Notes: a model not told the origin generated them from the letters alone. Positions 1 through 9,733 are shown, counted from the stretch's first letter. The stretch: DNA of 64,000 bases from Candidatus Bruticola sp. (GCA_051874735.1 JBJEGD010000013.1:32001-96000), one strand, 5' to 3'. Made by a program: numbers and translations.

Positions 1-141
1 GAATAAACTTGTTGAGGCCGAGCTTAAACTTTTTCTGAAAAATAGGGTAATAGGGTTGTAGACTATTAATCGGCTTCAGCAAAAAATGGAGCTATTAGAA
101 GCTCTGTTCTTTGCTGAAACCATCAAGTAAAGAATAAACCA

Positions 142-1308
142 TTAAAGGTTATCCCAGACTATTTTGCTTATATGGCCGATAGCTTGGGCTGCTTCGTCGT
201 TTCGTCCAGATCCTACATTTTTGATAAACACAGTAATGGCCACCGGATTGCCTCTTTTGCTAATAATAAGGCCGCTGTCGTTAACTACTCCGCTAATTGT
301 GCCAGTTTTATGATAAGTTTTGCTTCCTTTGGGCAAGTAGCGGGGAATGCGTGAATTATACTTTTGTTTAGCCAAAATGGATAAAGCGTAATCTGTCCAA
401 TCGGGAGAAAGAATTTCTTGGCGCCATAGTTTGGTCAGCAACTGGGAAAAGTCGTCAGGAGAACTCTGGTTATCTACAGTTTCGGCTACAACCCTCTGCT
501 GACTGAAACTGTATTTAGAGCCAGACTGATCTTCCATAGCTTGGAATTGGCTTCTACTAAGATCTTTATTAGCTTCCTCTACTTCTTTTGCCAAATTCCG
601 ACGCTGCTGTATAGTTAATCCCTGCCAAATATGTGCGATCCGTTCTGGGTTGTCATCGGGAAGAATGCTGCCTTCGCCTAAGCAGATTAGCCAAGCTTGA
701 CGGTTACTCATAAAAATAGAATTATCATACAATCTTAGATCGCTCATCAGTCTGTCTAAACTGTCTACCCCTATTAAATGGATTAACATATCGGTAGCAG
801 TATTGTCGGAGATGTATATCATAAGAGTTAGAACTTTATCAAGAGTTATTTTACTGTTAACCGGAGCGTTTATAAGCTCTCCGCTGCCAATGCAATAGTC
901 TTCCTTTTTTATAGTCAGCTGTTTGTCAATATTGAAAGGTAGAGTATCGTTCTGTAACTGTCGGCAAGTTTCAATAAGAACTGGTATTTTAAAAACGCTG
1001 GCCAAAGGGAACTGCTTGTTCCCTTGATGAGAAAGCTTAGCAGAAGTTGGAATGTGGATAACGGAATAGCCTATATCCAACTCGGGATACGCTTTTACCT
1101 GAGATTGCAGCAGTTCTTGAACTTTTTTCACCCGCTCAGAAGTTACAGGTTGCAGTTTTTGTTCCGAATACGGAGATGCTAATTCCGACTGAGCAATAGT
1201 GGTGTCTCCATCGGGCGCTGCCGGCTGTTCAGCAAGGGCCTGGATACTTCCAAACAGCATTATTAATGCTAAACTAGCAATTAGAGCATAAAAAGTACAC
1301 TTGTTCAT
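142..1308 (-). CDS. Secreted serine hydrolase, class A beta-lactamase-like fold (Beta-lactamase2 family)
   Basis: Signal peptide; SxxK (ASVFK), SDN and KTG motifs; no recognisable ExxLN omega-loop motif. Confidence 0.85.
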   Translation of the reverse strand: MNKCTFYALIASLALIMLFGSIQALAEQPAAPDGDTTIAQSELASPYSEQKLQPVTSERVKKVQELLQSQVKAYPELDIGYSVIHIPTSAKLSHQGNKQFPLASVFKIPVLIETCRQLQNDTLPFNIDKQLTIKKEDYCIGSGELINAPVNSKITLDKVLTLMIYISDNTATDMLIHLIGVDSLDRLMSDLRLYDNSIFMSNRQAWLICLGEGSILPDDNPERIAHIWQGLTIQQRRNLAKEVEEANKDLSRSQFQAMEDQSGSKYSFSQQRVVAETVDNQSSPDDFSQLLTKLWRQEILSPDWTDYALSILAKQKYNSRIPRYLPKGSKTYHKTGTISGVVNDSGLIISKRGNPVAITVFIKNVGSGRNDEAAQAIGHISKIVWDNL

Positions 1309-1746
1309 AACATTTGAAATAAGATCTCCTTACAGCGCCTTCTGTTTATGAGTTTTAACTGAATCCCTGCTCTATCGATTATGATTAACAATAGCGTTCT
1401 CTTTATCTTAATAGCGCCAAAGTACATAAACTAAGTATATGTTTTGAATTACAAGTATGAATTGCTAGGATAATCCCTTGTCAAAAAGTTTTGTTTGTTG
1501 TATTCTATCAGACGGCATATAGTGCCTTTGTTAGTCTTTGTTAAGGTTCCGGCACTCCTTAGCCAGCGATAGTGTTCCCTCTTCTGAAAGGGAGCGCCGG
1601 TGGTGCGCCTTGGTAAAAAGAGAATATTTTTTTCATTTGCCTGCAGCATAAAATAATATACGGGCTGGGGTTGTTCCCCGCGATCGGTGCTTCGCTCTGA
1701 GCTCCTCTCCCAGTCTTGGATCTCAGATTTAGCTTTGTATCGGGAT

Positions 1747-1776
1747 TTGACAGCTCGTTTGGTTCTGTGATAGACT
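1747..1776 (+). promoter_or_regulatory. Sigma70-type promoter for rplU
   Basis: TTGACA at 1747, 18-nt spacer, TGn-TAGACT extended -10. Confidence 0.65.
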
Positions 1777-1786
1777 CTCCTCTCAC

Positions 1787-1835
1787 TTAACCTGGATGTG
1801 CGGGTGGCCCGTCCTTCTACGAGGTATCGGGTTAA
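1787..1835 (+). promoter_or_regulatory. Structured rplU 5' leader (possible L21-leader analogue)
   Basis: Outer stem TTAACCTG/CGGGTTAA enclosing CGGG-TGG-CCCG and CCT-TCTACG-AGG hairpins, just before the AGGAGG RBS. Confidence 0.45.
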
Positions 1836-1854
1836 AATTTAGGAGGTTACTTCA

Positions 1855-2169
1855 GTGTACGCCGTGGTAGAAACAGGGGGCAAACAGTACCGTGTTGCTC
1901 CTGGACAGAATGTTCGTGTAGATCGCTTAGAGGGCGAGCTCGGTTCTGATGTCTCTTTAGATCGCGTCCTTGCTATTGTGGACGATAATCATAATTTAAT
2001 TGCTGGTAATCCCACTGTTGCCGGTGCTGTTGTGTCCGCTCGTATTGTTGAGCAGCACAGGGAGCGCAAAGTGTTGGTCTTTAAGTATGCTAAACGCAAA
2101 CGCCGCCGTGTAAAGACCGGTTCCCGCCGCTATTACACCACTTTGCACATTGGTGAGATTAGGAACTAG
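1855..2169 (+). CDS. rplU: 50S ribosomal protein L21
   Basis: MYAVVETGGKQYRV N-terminus; AGGAGG RBS; GTG start. Confidence 0.97.
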   Translation: MYAVVETGGKQYRVAPGQNVRVDRLEGELGSDVSLDRVLAIVDDNHNLIAGNPTVAGAVVSARIVEQHRERKVLVFKYAKRKRRRVKTGSRRYYTTLHIGEIRN

Positions 2170-2175
2170 CCTCTT

Positions 2176-2652
2176 TTGATCCGGGTTAGTCTGCAGTCTG
2201 ACACTCGCGGTCAGATAAAGGTTTTCGTCTGTATCGGCCATGCCGGTCTTGTTGTAGAAAGTGGTGGCGAGGATCTTTTGTGCGCGGGTGTCTCTGCCTT
2301 GTGTGGTGCCCTAGCCATTGGCCTTGAGCGAGTGGTTAGGGCTTCTGTTTTTATTAGGGAAGGAAGAGGCCTTTTCTACATTAGGTTGGAAGAGGTTAAT
2401 CCTGAATTAATTGACAAAGCTCAGGTTCTATTCAACTCTACTGCAGAAGCGCTGAGAGAGTTATCTTGCTATAACGAGGGATTTTTAACTGTACAAAATT
2501 TTACGGAATCAGATCCGTTTCCAACGGTGGAAGATTGCGAAGCAGAAGTTGAAGCTGAAAACGAGGCGGAGAATAGTTCAGACTTCGATGAATGTAGTAT
2601 AGAACTGGGAACAGAAGCTGAACTTAGGACACTAAATGAGGCGGTAGAGTAG
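2176..2652 (+). CDS. prp: Ribosomal-processing cysteine protease Prp with acidic C-terminal extension
   Basis: GHAG...DLLCAGVSAL His/Cys motif; position directly after rplU. Confidence 0.85.
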   Translation: MIRVSLQSDTRGQIKVFVCIGHAGLVVESGGEDLLCAGVSALCGALAIGLERVVRASVFIREGRGLFYIRLEEVNPELIDKAQVLFNSTAEALRELSCYNEGFLTVQNFTESDPFPTVEDCEAEVEAENEAENSSDFDECSIELGTEAELRTLNEAVE

Positions 2653-2809
2653 TACCTTTTCAGTTTGCAAGTCTGTTTCGTGGGCGGTTTCCCTAGGCTT
2701 TAGGCAGGTTAAAAAACTCAGTTAAAGGATTTTTTTGGGCTGTCAGTGAAAAAACTGGCCGGGGAGCTGGCTGTTTTATCAAGCCTCACGTACAACAAGG
2801 AGGATAGAC

Positions 2810-3052
2810 ATGACTGAATTCATAGAAAGAATGAGTTTAGACGATCTCGATTTCGGAGACGGACGCTGCTCGTCTGAAGATACGCCTTTTACTCCTGCAA
2901 AGCTTATAGGTGTTGCTTGTTTAGGGGCAGCTGTGGCTTTGTCAGGTTACTACATATACTCTTCATTGGGTAGTGAAGACAAAGCTCGTCTGCGCGACGG
3001 GGTGCTTAATTTTGTATCTGAAAGGGTCAAGCCCGTACTGCCTCCCAGTTAA
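2810..3052 (+). CDS. Small hypothetical protein with one transmembrane segment
   Basis: Strong AAGGAGG RBS; hydrophobic stretch LIGVACLGAAVALSGYYIY. Confidence 0.7.
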   Translation: MTEFIERMSLDDLDFGDGRCSSEDTPFTPAKLIGVACLGAAVALSGYYIYSSLGSEDKARLRDGVLNFVSERVKPVLPPS

Positions 3053-3310
3053 CCGATTAGCTGAGAAGAGCGCCTGTTGACATTCGTTAGCTTACAGCTG
3101 CTTTCTATGTGTGTTTTTGTGGAAAGACCTAAGGGAGGAGACAGACGCTGCCCGCATAATAATTAATGCTGTCAGAGTTAGCCCAAGAATTTGGCTGCGT
3201 TTTGATGCGGTCAGGTTCTTGTTCTTTTTCAGCCCCGTAATTAGGCTTGGCTGCCGACTTAATTATAAGGCTTCTTTATACGGCTGACCCGGAAGGAAAG
3301 GCATCTGCTT

Positions 3311-3937
3311 TTGACAAGACTAAACCTGTTTATTATCGCTATTCTAGTAGTTGCAGCTGATCTTGCCACCAAATATTTAGTATATACCCGTATGGCTCTT
3401 CATGAGACCATAAAGCTGCCGGTTGGTTTTTTACAGCTTACTTATGTGCAGAATTTCGGCGGTGCTTTTGGTATATTTCCTCATCAAAGAATTTTTTTCA
3501 TATGCGCAGCTCTGGCCTCTATATTTTGCGTGCTCTATTTTTTTAATGAAATTAGGGAAATGGGGAGAATTTGCTTTACTGCAGCTGCACTATTGTTGGG
3601 TGGCTCTATAGGCAACCTTATCGATCGCATACGGTTCGGCTATGTGGTAGATTTTTTAGATCTGCGTTGGTGGCCAGTTTTTAATATAGCTGATATCGCC
3701 CTTACGGTGGGAGTGGCTCTGCTTTTTATTGATTTAATTGTTTGTCTTCACTTGTTTAAAAATGATGTAAGTGATTCTAGTTCGCTTAGTAATAGCCAGG
3801 TCGAGGTAATAGAGCAGAGCCGTGAGCAGCAGGCTATCAAAAATGTAGATAATAGTACGGCTAATAATTCAGTTGTATCTGACAGTTCCTGTGCAAAAAT
3901 AGGGGAAGATACTTCCTCTAACAGTGCATCTGCCTAA
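3311..3937 (+). CDS. lspA: Lipoprotein signal peptidase II
   Basis: NFGGAFG, GNLIDR, VVDFLD, FNIAD motifs. Confidence 0.95.
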   Translation: MTRLNLFIIAILVVAADLATKYLVYTRMALHETIKLPVGFLQLTYVQNFGGAFGIFPHQRIFFICAALASIFCVLYFFNEIREMGRICFTAAALLLGGSIGNLIDRIRFGYVVDFLDLRWWPVFNIADIALTVGVALLFIDLIVCLHLFKNDVSDSSSLSNSQVEVIEQSREQQAIKNVDNSTANNSVVSDSSCAKIGEDTSSNSASA

Positions 3938-3990
3938 TTGCGGCGTTATTATTAATTTTGTATTATGTTCTGACCTGTGGAGGTCCTAAC

Positions 3991-4833
3991 ATGCATTCTA
4001 TTCTTTTCCAAATAGGCAGCTTCCCTATCTATACGTACGGCTTAATTTTGGCTATAGCTATTTCCAGTGGCCTGATTTTTGCTGGTTACTTAGCTCGCAA
4101 GCGGGGAATCGATCCGTTTGATATGATCGATATAGGTTTATTGTCTGTAATTGTAGGATTGCTGGGAGCTAGGTTAGGTTACGTTATTCAGCATCCTGAA
4201 ACATTTGCTCATAATCTTTTTAGTGTATTAAACTTTAGGTTGGGCGGCATTACTATTATTGGTGGTATTATCTTCGGTTATTTAGCTTTGGCGTTTTTTT
4301 GCCGCCGCTACAAGCTTTCTCCTTGGCTGTGCATAGATCTTTATACCGCTCCGCTGCTGTGGGGGATGGCTGTGGGCCGTTTAGGATGCATCGCTCAGGG
4401 GTGCTGTCCCGGCAAAGTTTGCGATCCCACAGTTTTAGGAGCTATGTATTATCCTTTAGGTAGTCCGTTAGGAACAGCACCGCGTTACCCTTCGCAAGTT
4501 TACGAATTGCTGCTCGATTTAATTTTAATGGCCTTTTGTTTGTGGTTTTTCTGCCGTAAAAATAAGTTTCAAGGACAAACATTTTGGTTGGGAGTGAGTG
4601 GTTACTCGCTTATCCGCTTTTTTGTAGAATTTTTTCGAGATAGCAAAATGTGTGGATATTTTTCCTTAGCTCAGTGGGTTTGCCTAGCTATGTTTGTTAT
4701 AGCTGCTCTGGGAGCTTTCGGCGTTTTTGGCAAAGAGGAATTAGTCAGCTATAAACTGTCAGAAAATGAGTCTGATGAGAGGCAGAAAAAACAAAATTCG
4801 GTACAGCCTCTGTCTGTGTCAGAAGAAAAATAA
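3991..4833 (+). CDS. lgt: Prolipoprotein diacylglyceryl transferase
   Basis: YG, GARLGY, GRLGC, YPSQVYE, RFFVEFFR motifs; ATG 3991 with GGAGG RBS preferred over TTG 3958. Confidence 0.93.
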   Translation: MHSILFQIGSFPIYTYGLILAIAISSGLIFAGYLARKRGIDPFDMIDIGLLSVIVGLLGARLGYVIQHPETFAHNLFSVLNFRLGGITIIGGIIFGYLALAFFCRRYKLSPWLCIDLYTAPLLWGMAVGRLGCIAQGCCPGKVCDPTVLGAMYYPLGSPLGTAPRYPSQVYELLLDLILMAFCLWFFCRKNKFQGQTFWLGVSGYSLIRFFVEFFRDSKMCGYFSLAQWVCLAMFVIAALGAFGVFGKEELVSYKLSENESDERQKKQNSVQPLSVSEEK

Positions 4834-4849
4834 TAATTAGGGGACTCAA

Positions 4850-4885
4850 AAATAAACCGCTCTCTGTACAGAAAGCGGTTTATTT
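4850..4885. terminator. Bidirectional intrinsic terminator (lgt / tRNA-Arg)
   Basis: AAATAAACCGCT...AGCGGTTTATTT inverted repeat between convergent genes. Confidence 0.7.
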
Positions 4886-4905
4886 ATAGAGAACATGCTA
4901 TTTAG

Positions 4906-4978
4906 CGTCTCCGGTGCGATTTGAACGCACGGCCCCTCGCTTAGGAGGCGAGTGCTCTATCCCCTGAGCTACGGAGAC
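4906..4978 (-). tRNA. tRNA-Arg (CCT)
   Basis: Reverse complement GTCTCCGTAGCTCAG...CTCGC-CT-CCT-AA-GCGAG...GTTCAAATC...CGGAGACG; CCA not encoded. Confidence 0.95.
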
Positions 4979-5137
4979 AAATTACCGCGAACATTTTATT
5001 ATCGGCAGCGTATAAAGTCAAGAGAAAGAACTTCATCCTAAGGAATAGATTTTATTTAGATCGTAATATTATTCCTTAATGAGGACAGTTCTCTGTAGGA
5101 TAACTGCTTTTTTTCGTTCTTAATTGGCGTATAGTGG

Positions 5138-6547
5138 GTGAGGTTTCTGGTGTTGAGCAATAAGTTTGGCGTACTCTCTTTAAAAAAAATTGAGTGGTCC
5201 AGCTGTCTAGTTCTGCTGCTGATTTTGGTTTTTGCTGGATTCTTGCGCGGATGGAGGCTGGGAATTCCAGATTCCCAGTATTTTGATGAATGTTACTATG
5301 TGCCAGGAGCTATGAGCTATATATATGGTACTGTCGATGAAAATTCGGTACACCCTCCTTTAGGCAAGTTGCAGATTGCCAATTTTATCCTTTTAGGCAG
5401 ATTTATAAATAGCTGCGTGCCTGTGTTCAGCGAGCAGATGCTCAGTCGGCTAGCTTCTTGGGCCTATGGGGAAGGTACAGTTTTATTGGCCTTTATGCTT
5501 AGTTTCCGTTTAAGTAGAGGCAATGTTTCTTTAGCTTCTTTGGCTGCTTTTTTTGTAGCTGTCGATTTTATGAGCATTGTGATGTCGCGCATATGCATGC
5601 TCGATATGGTACTGGCCTTCTGGATGATGCTAGGAGTTTATTGTTGCTGGATGCATATTGAGGCTCAGGTTGTGAAGTCTCCCAGGGCTTTTAGCTGGGC
5701 CGTTCTTTGCGCAATGGCGTTTGGTGTGGCTTCTGCCTGCAAATGGAATGGTATTTTTGGCGCTTTTACTTCGCTAGTACTGATGGTACTGTTGCCTGAG
5801 CTTATCTCAGTTAAAGATTTGCAGAGGGGAATGACTGAGGGGTATAGTCTAAAGACAGTCTTTTTTAAAAGCTTTGCCTCTTTAAAAAGCGTAAAAAAGC
5901 GCATACTCAAACGAACGATTATGTTAGCAGCCGTTTTCGTGGTAATTATGGCGTCTATATATACTGTTTCTTATACTCCGCAATTTATCAGAGAGGGTTT
6001 TAAACAAAAAACCTTCAGTAATATTGTAGACAATCATATGCGCATGATTAAATTTCGCTACGATGCTGAGCAGTTCACTCACCACTACTGTTCCCAATTT
6101 TGGGCCTGGCCTACTGTGATCCGTCCTGTGTGGTTCAAATTTGATGCTAGTCAAAAAATTGCCCTGGGTATTGTTTGCTTCGGTTCTATTCTGTTTTGGT
6201 GGCCTGGATTTACTTTTGTGTTGGAATTTTTCTATCTAAGTTTTAAAGATCAAAAGTGGATTTGGCTTTTTATTAGCTCTAGTTGGATCTTCCCTTGGTT
6301 GTTTTGGGCTGTGTCTACTACCGGAGGTTTTATCTATTATATGTTACCCGGTATTCCCTTGCTGAGTATAGTAATGGCGTGGGTCCTTTATGATTGGTAT
6401 ATAGAAGGTTACAAAGCTGCTGTGGCTATTTATCTGGCTGCTTTAGGATGTTCTTTGGCCTGTTACTATCCTTTTTTAACTTATTTGCCTATGAAGCGAT
6501 CGCTTTTTGCAACGTTATTTCCGGTAATTTTCACTCAGTGGCGGTAA
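5138..6547 (+). CDS. Phospholipid carrier-dependent glycosyltransferase (GT-C, protein O-mannosyltransferase PMT-like)
   Basis: YFDECYYV, HPPLGK, SRICMLD, KWNG, HHYCSQFWAWP motifs; many TM segments. Confidence 0.88.
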   Translation: MRFLVLSNKFGVLSLKKIEWSSCLVLLLILVFAGFLRGWRLGIPDSQYFDECYYVPGAMSYIYGTVDENSVHPPLGKLQIANFILLGRFINSCVPVFSEQMLSRLASWAYGEGTVLLAFMLSFRLSRGNVSLASLAAFFVAVDFMSIVMSRICMLDMVLAFWMMLGVYCCWMHIEAQVVKSPRAFSWAVLCAMAFGVASACKWNGIFGAFTSLVLMVLLPELISVKDLQRGMTEGYSLKTVFFKSFASLKSVKKRILKRTIMLAAVFVVIMASIYTVSYTPQFIREGFKQKTFSNIVDNHMRMIKFRYDAEQFTHHYCSQFWAWPTVIRPVWFKFDASQKIALGIVCFGSILFWWPGFTFVLEFFYLSFKDQKWIWLFISSSWIFPWLFWAVSTTGGFIYYMLPGIPLLSIVMAWVLYDWYIEGYKAAVAIYLAALGCSLACYYPFLTYLPMKRSLFATLFPVIFTQWR

Positions 6548-6549
6548 TT

Positions 6550-7551
6550 ATGGATGATATTTGGAATGAATTGAGAGAAGAAACTGAGCTAGAGGCTGAC
6601 GTAACTGTACATAATTGCTTTATTGAGACGCGATATCGAGGAGCGCGCTTAGACAGTGCTTTGGCTGAGCTGCTTAATATCTCTCGAGCTCAAGTGCAGA
6701 AGTTTATAAAACAGGGGCGCGTTAGCTGCAATGGACAAGTAGAAATGTCCCCTTCCTTTAAGCTTAAGGGTGGGGAAAGACTCACCGTTTACGAGCCTCC
6801 GTTGCAGCCAGCTTTACCTAAGCCCGATCCTACTGTTCCATTAAATATTATCTATGAAGACAAAGCTATTTTAGTACTTAACAAAGATAGGGGACAGGTA
6901 GTTCATCCGGGAGCAGGCATAAGCGGAGGCACTTTGGTAAACGGACTTTTAGCCCACTGTCGTGATCTTTCCGGTATAGGAGGGATAGAACGTCCTGGTA
7001 TAGTGCACCGCCTTGATAAGGATACCTCTGGCCTTTTGGTCATTTCTAAGAGTGATGCCGCTCACTTAAGCTTGTGTGAACAGTTTGCTTCCCGACAAGT
7101 AGTCAAATATTATGAGGCTATTGTTCACGGAGTCCCTAGTCCTAGAGCTGGTTTGATAGAGCAACCTATCGGGCGTCATCCAATTTCTCGCCAATGTATG
7201 GCCGTGCGGGCTGGCGGGCGTCCCTCTAAAACGGAGTACCGCACGTGTGAGGTTTTTGCCGATAAATATGCTCATTTGTCTATTCACTTATTTACCGGTC
7301 GCACTCACCAAATTCGTGTGCATTTGAGTTGGCTCGGATGCCCTTTAGTTGGCGACCTTCTGTATAAGCCTAAGGCCAATCCTTGGCAGCTGCAGGGACA
7401 AGCCCTTCATTGCTATTATTTAAGCTTTGTCCATCCTATAACTGGGGAAAAAATGGCTTTTCGGGCCGACGCTCCGCCGGTTATGCAGAATATTCTGCAA
7501 GAATTGCGCGGCCGTTACGCCAACTATCTGACTGAGTTTCATCCCTTTTGA
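6550..7551 (+). CDS. rluD: RluA-family pseudouridine synthase (RluD-like, with S4 domain)
   Basis: S4 RLD motif, GIVHRLDKDTSG, TGRTHQIRVH; ATG 6550 just after the upstream stop. Confidence 0.9.
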   Translation: MDDIWNELREETELEADVTVHNCFIETRYRGARLDSALAELLNISRAQVQKFIKQGRVSCNGQVEMSPSFKLKGGERLTVYEPPLQPALPKPDPTVPLNIIYEDKAILVLNKDRGQVVHPGAGISGGTLVNGLLAHCRDLSGIGGIERPGIVHRLDKDTSGLLVISKSDAAHLSLCEQFASRQVVKYYEAIVHGVPSPRAGLIEQPIGRHPISRQCMAVRAGGRPSKTEYRTCEVFADKYAHLSIHLFTGRTHQIRVHLSWLGCPLVGDLLYKPKANPWQLQGQALHCYYLSFVHPITGEKMAFRADAPPVMQNILQELRGRYANYLTEFHPF

Positions 7552-7632
7552 ACTATAAATAAAAAAACAAACTCTTCCCTACAAAAGATGAGTCTGTTTT
7601 CCATCGCCTCTTTTTATAAACTTGAGGCCTTT

Positions 7633-8337
7633 TTACTCGGCTGGAGCTGCAGGCTGAGCTTGATTATAGCGAATATCAGCTCTTCCTTCTTTCTGGCTGT
7701 AGTTAGTTATAATTGTATATTCGTTCAAGCCAGGTTTTATAGAGAACGGAATATTGATACGCACTTCATTATTAATTTTTTGAGGGTTCACTTTAAACAC
7801 TTCGCCGTTTACGTTCACTACCAAAGTCTCGGATAGAGGTGTTCCCTCCACTCCAACTAGAAGCTTAGGATCGCCCCACATAGCACTAGCGGTGCCGTTG
7901 TACTTACCGGGGATCATGCGCAAATTAATCATTTTGGCTCCCTTTATGTCAGCTTTCAAAATGTCAGGCTGATCGCCTGAGCGCATAGGGCCTACTTTGG
8001 TAATAAGCACGTTGTCTGCCCATAATTCGAAGGTGCAGATCCGATTGTCTGGAGCATTTGAACTAAAGCCAACCCACGATTCGAACATATCGTATTTGCC
8101 ATTAACTTCAAACTGCATAATGGCAGCATCGGCGCCGCCTAAACCGGTAATGTAGCTTTCTACATCGGTGCTACCCATGGAGGCGTGTTCAATATTGCGC
8201 ATACAGTTGGCAAAATATTTTTGTCTGAGTGTAAGCAGCGGAATAGCTGCAGGATCGGCCCAGGAGGGCAGGCTTGTAGTGCACAGTAAAATAGCTATAA
8301 GAGCGCAGAGAAGACTTCCATATAGTTTTTTATTCAC
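7633..8337 (-). CDS. Secreted NPCBM/NEW2 domain protein
   Basis: Signal peptide; FESWVG...FELWADN...DIKGAKMINL...AMWGDPKL pattern. Confidence 0.7.
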   Translation of the reverse strand: MNKKLYGSLLCALIAILLCTTSLPSWADPAAIPLLTLRQKYFANCMRNIEHASMGSTDVESYITGLGGADAAIMQFEVNGKYDMFESWVGFSSNAPDNRICTFELWADNVLITKVGPMRSGDQPDILKADIKGAKMINLRMIPGKYNGTASAMWGDPKLLVGVEGTPLSETLVVNVNGEVFKVNPQKINNEVRINIPFSIKPGLNEYTIITNYSQKEGRADIRYNQAQPAAPAE

Positions 8338-8404
8338 AATTACTCCTTCATAATGCGGAACAGATGAGCTAGCGTACGTTTACTCGTAAAAGTCGGTTGT
8401 TGCT

Positions 8405-9733
8405 TTAATTCCTGAAAGCCTGCTGTTGTTTTCTAAAATAAACAGATTCTATAGAATCTGTAGCACCGGCGCAGAAAACCAGATCGTTAATTAAATTACT
8501 AAAGCAGCGCTTTTCCTTATTGCTAAGTTCTCGGTTCCGTCCGCTCGTATAGGGACAGAGGCTATAACCTTCGCGCCCGGTTTTGCGGAAACCACCTGAG
8601 ACGCCATATAGTCTGTTGTCGGCATTGTCGTCTACTGAAGTTGCCGTCATGGCACTGCGCAAATTTATAGGCAGGCGTCCTCTAGTTTTATAAAAACCAA
8701 ATCTGGCTAAAGTAAGGTAACTATTTTCGCTTATTTGTTCAGCTAGCGCCAGGGTGATGGCGAAGCTTCTGCCTGCTTGTTTGATTAGTCCTAAGCCCAA
8801 GTAAACTTTTGCTTTAAGGTAATTCTGCTGCATGAGAGAACGCCGCCTCTCGAGTTCTACTCTGATTAAATAGGATGCTTTCAAACAGCGCAAAGCTGCT
8901 TCAAAATATTCGTCTCGCTTCAGTAGCCAACCCAAGCGGTGAGTTATTTCCGCTTGTTTTTTATAATCTTTGAGACTATGATAAGCTCCCAGGGCCTTAG
9001 AGTAAAGCTCCTGAGTCTCTCTGGAATTAGCTAAATATTCGCTGTTGTTGGCCAGTTGCAATAGAGTTTTGGCCATAATTTCTTTATCTGATATGGTGTC
9101 AAAATCTGTCAGCAGAGAGAAACAGAGGCGGTTAGAGTCCAAGCAATGTCCTTGGTCGTACAGCAACGAGGCCTCATTGAATATAGCTGCTCTAATGTTG
9201 TGCTGATCATGTTGCGACTGGAATGTCTTGCGGGCTTTTTTAGTAAAACGCAAAGCTTGATGATGTAGCCCAGCGTTGGCATAAGCTAAAGCGGCATCAA
9301 GGCAGAGAGCTCCTAACTCACTAGTCAGATCGGCTCTACAGACTGAATCGTCATTTGTCGCGGTGCTTCGACTGTTAGCTTTAATCTGATTTTCTAATTT
9401 TAAGCAATTTTTTTTAAGTTTGTCGGCACTTTGCAAGTACATACCTTGAGCTTCTAGCCACTTGCAGCGTCGGCGCAAAAATTTTTTCGCATACAGATCG
9501 TATTTATTACCGATAGGAGAAATACGTTTTAAAGCGTGGGCGAGCCGCTTTCCTAGATGCATAAGCAGGTCTGCCTCTTTAAAACAGCAGTCAGCAATGT
9601 GAATATCTACGTGGCAGAGCAGCTCCTCCAAGCAGTCAATTAGCTGGTCTGAATGGAGCTTTTTTATTTTACGTCTCAGCATATATGTATTTGTCAAATT
9701 AGCGGCTAAAACGCGCAGAATTTGTTCAATCAT
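8405..9733 (-). CDS. Tetratricopeptide-repeat protein
   Basis: Repeated helical A-x-x-x-x-x-LG/LA...A...Y patterns. Confidence 0.7.
   Translation of the reverse strand: MIEQILRVLAANLTNTYMLRRKIKKLHSDQLIDCLEELLCHVDIHIADCCFKEADLLMHLGKRLAHALKRISPIGNKYDLYAKKFLRRRCKWLEAQGMYLQSADKLKKNCLKLENQIKANSRSTATNDDSVCRADLTSELGALCLDAALAYANAGLHHQALRFTKKARKTFQSQHDQHNIRAAIFNEASLLYDQGHCLDSNRLCFSLLTDFDTISDKEIMAKTLLQLANNSEYLANSRETQELYSKALGAYHSLKDYKKQAEITHRLGWLLKRDEYFEAALRCLKASYLIRVELERRRSLMQQNYLKAKVYLGLGLIKQAGRSFAITLALAEQISENSYLTLARFGFYKTRGRLPINLRSAMTATSVDDNADNRLYGVSGGFRKTGREGYSLCPYTSGRNRELSNKEKRCFSNLINDLVFCAGATDSIESVYFRKQQQAFRN

Noticed and set aside
3281-3310. CCGGAAGGAAAGGCA resembling the SRP RNA loop
   Set aside because: Lacks the TCAGG...GCAGC context and long helix; more likely just the lspA RBS region.
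6394-6549. N-terminal extension of the rluD ORF, and similar extensions on the grx, yceD and GTPase ORFs
   Set aside because: They overlap upstream genes or terminators; downstream starts fit family length and RBS better.
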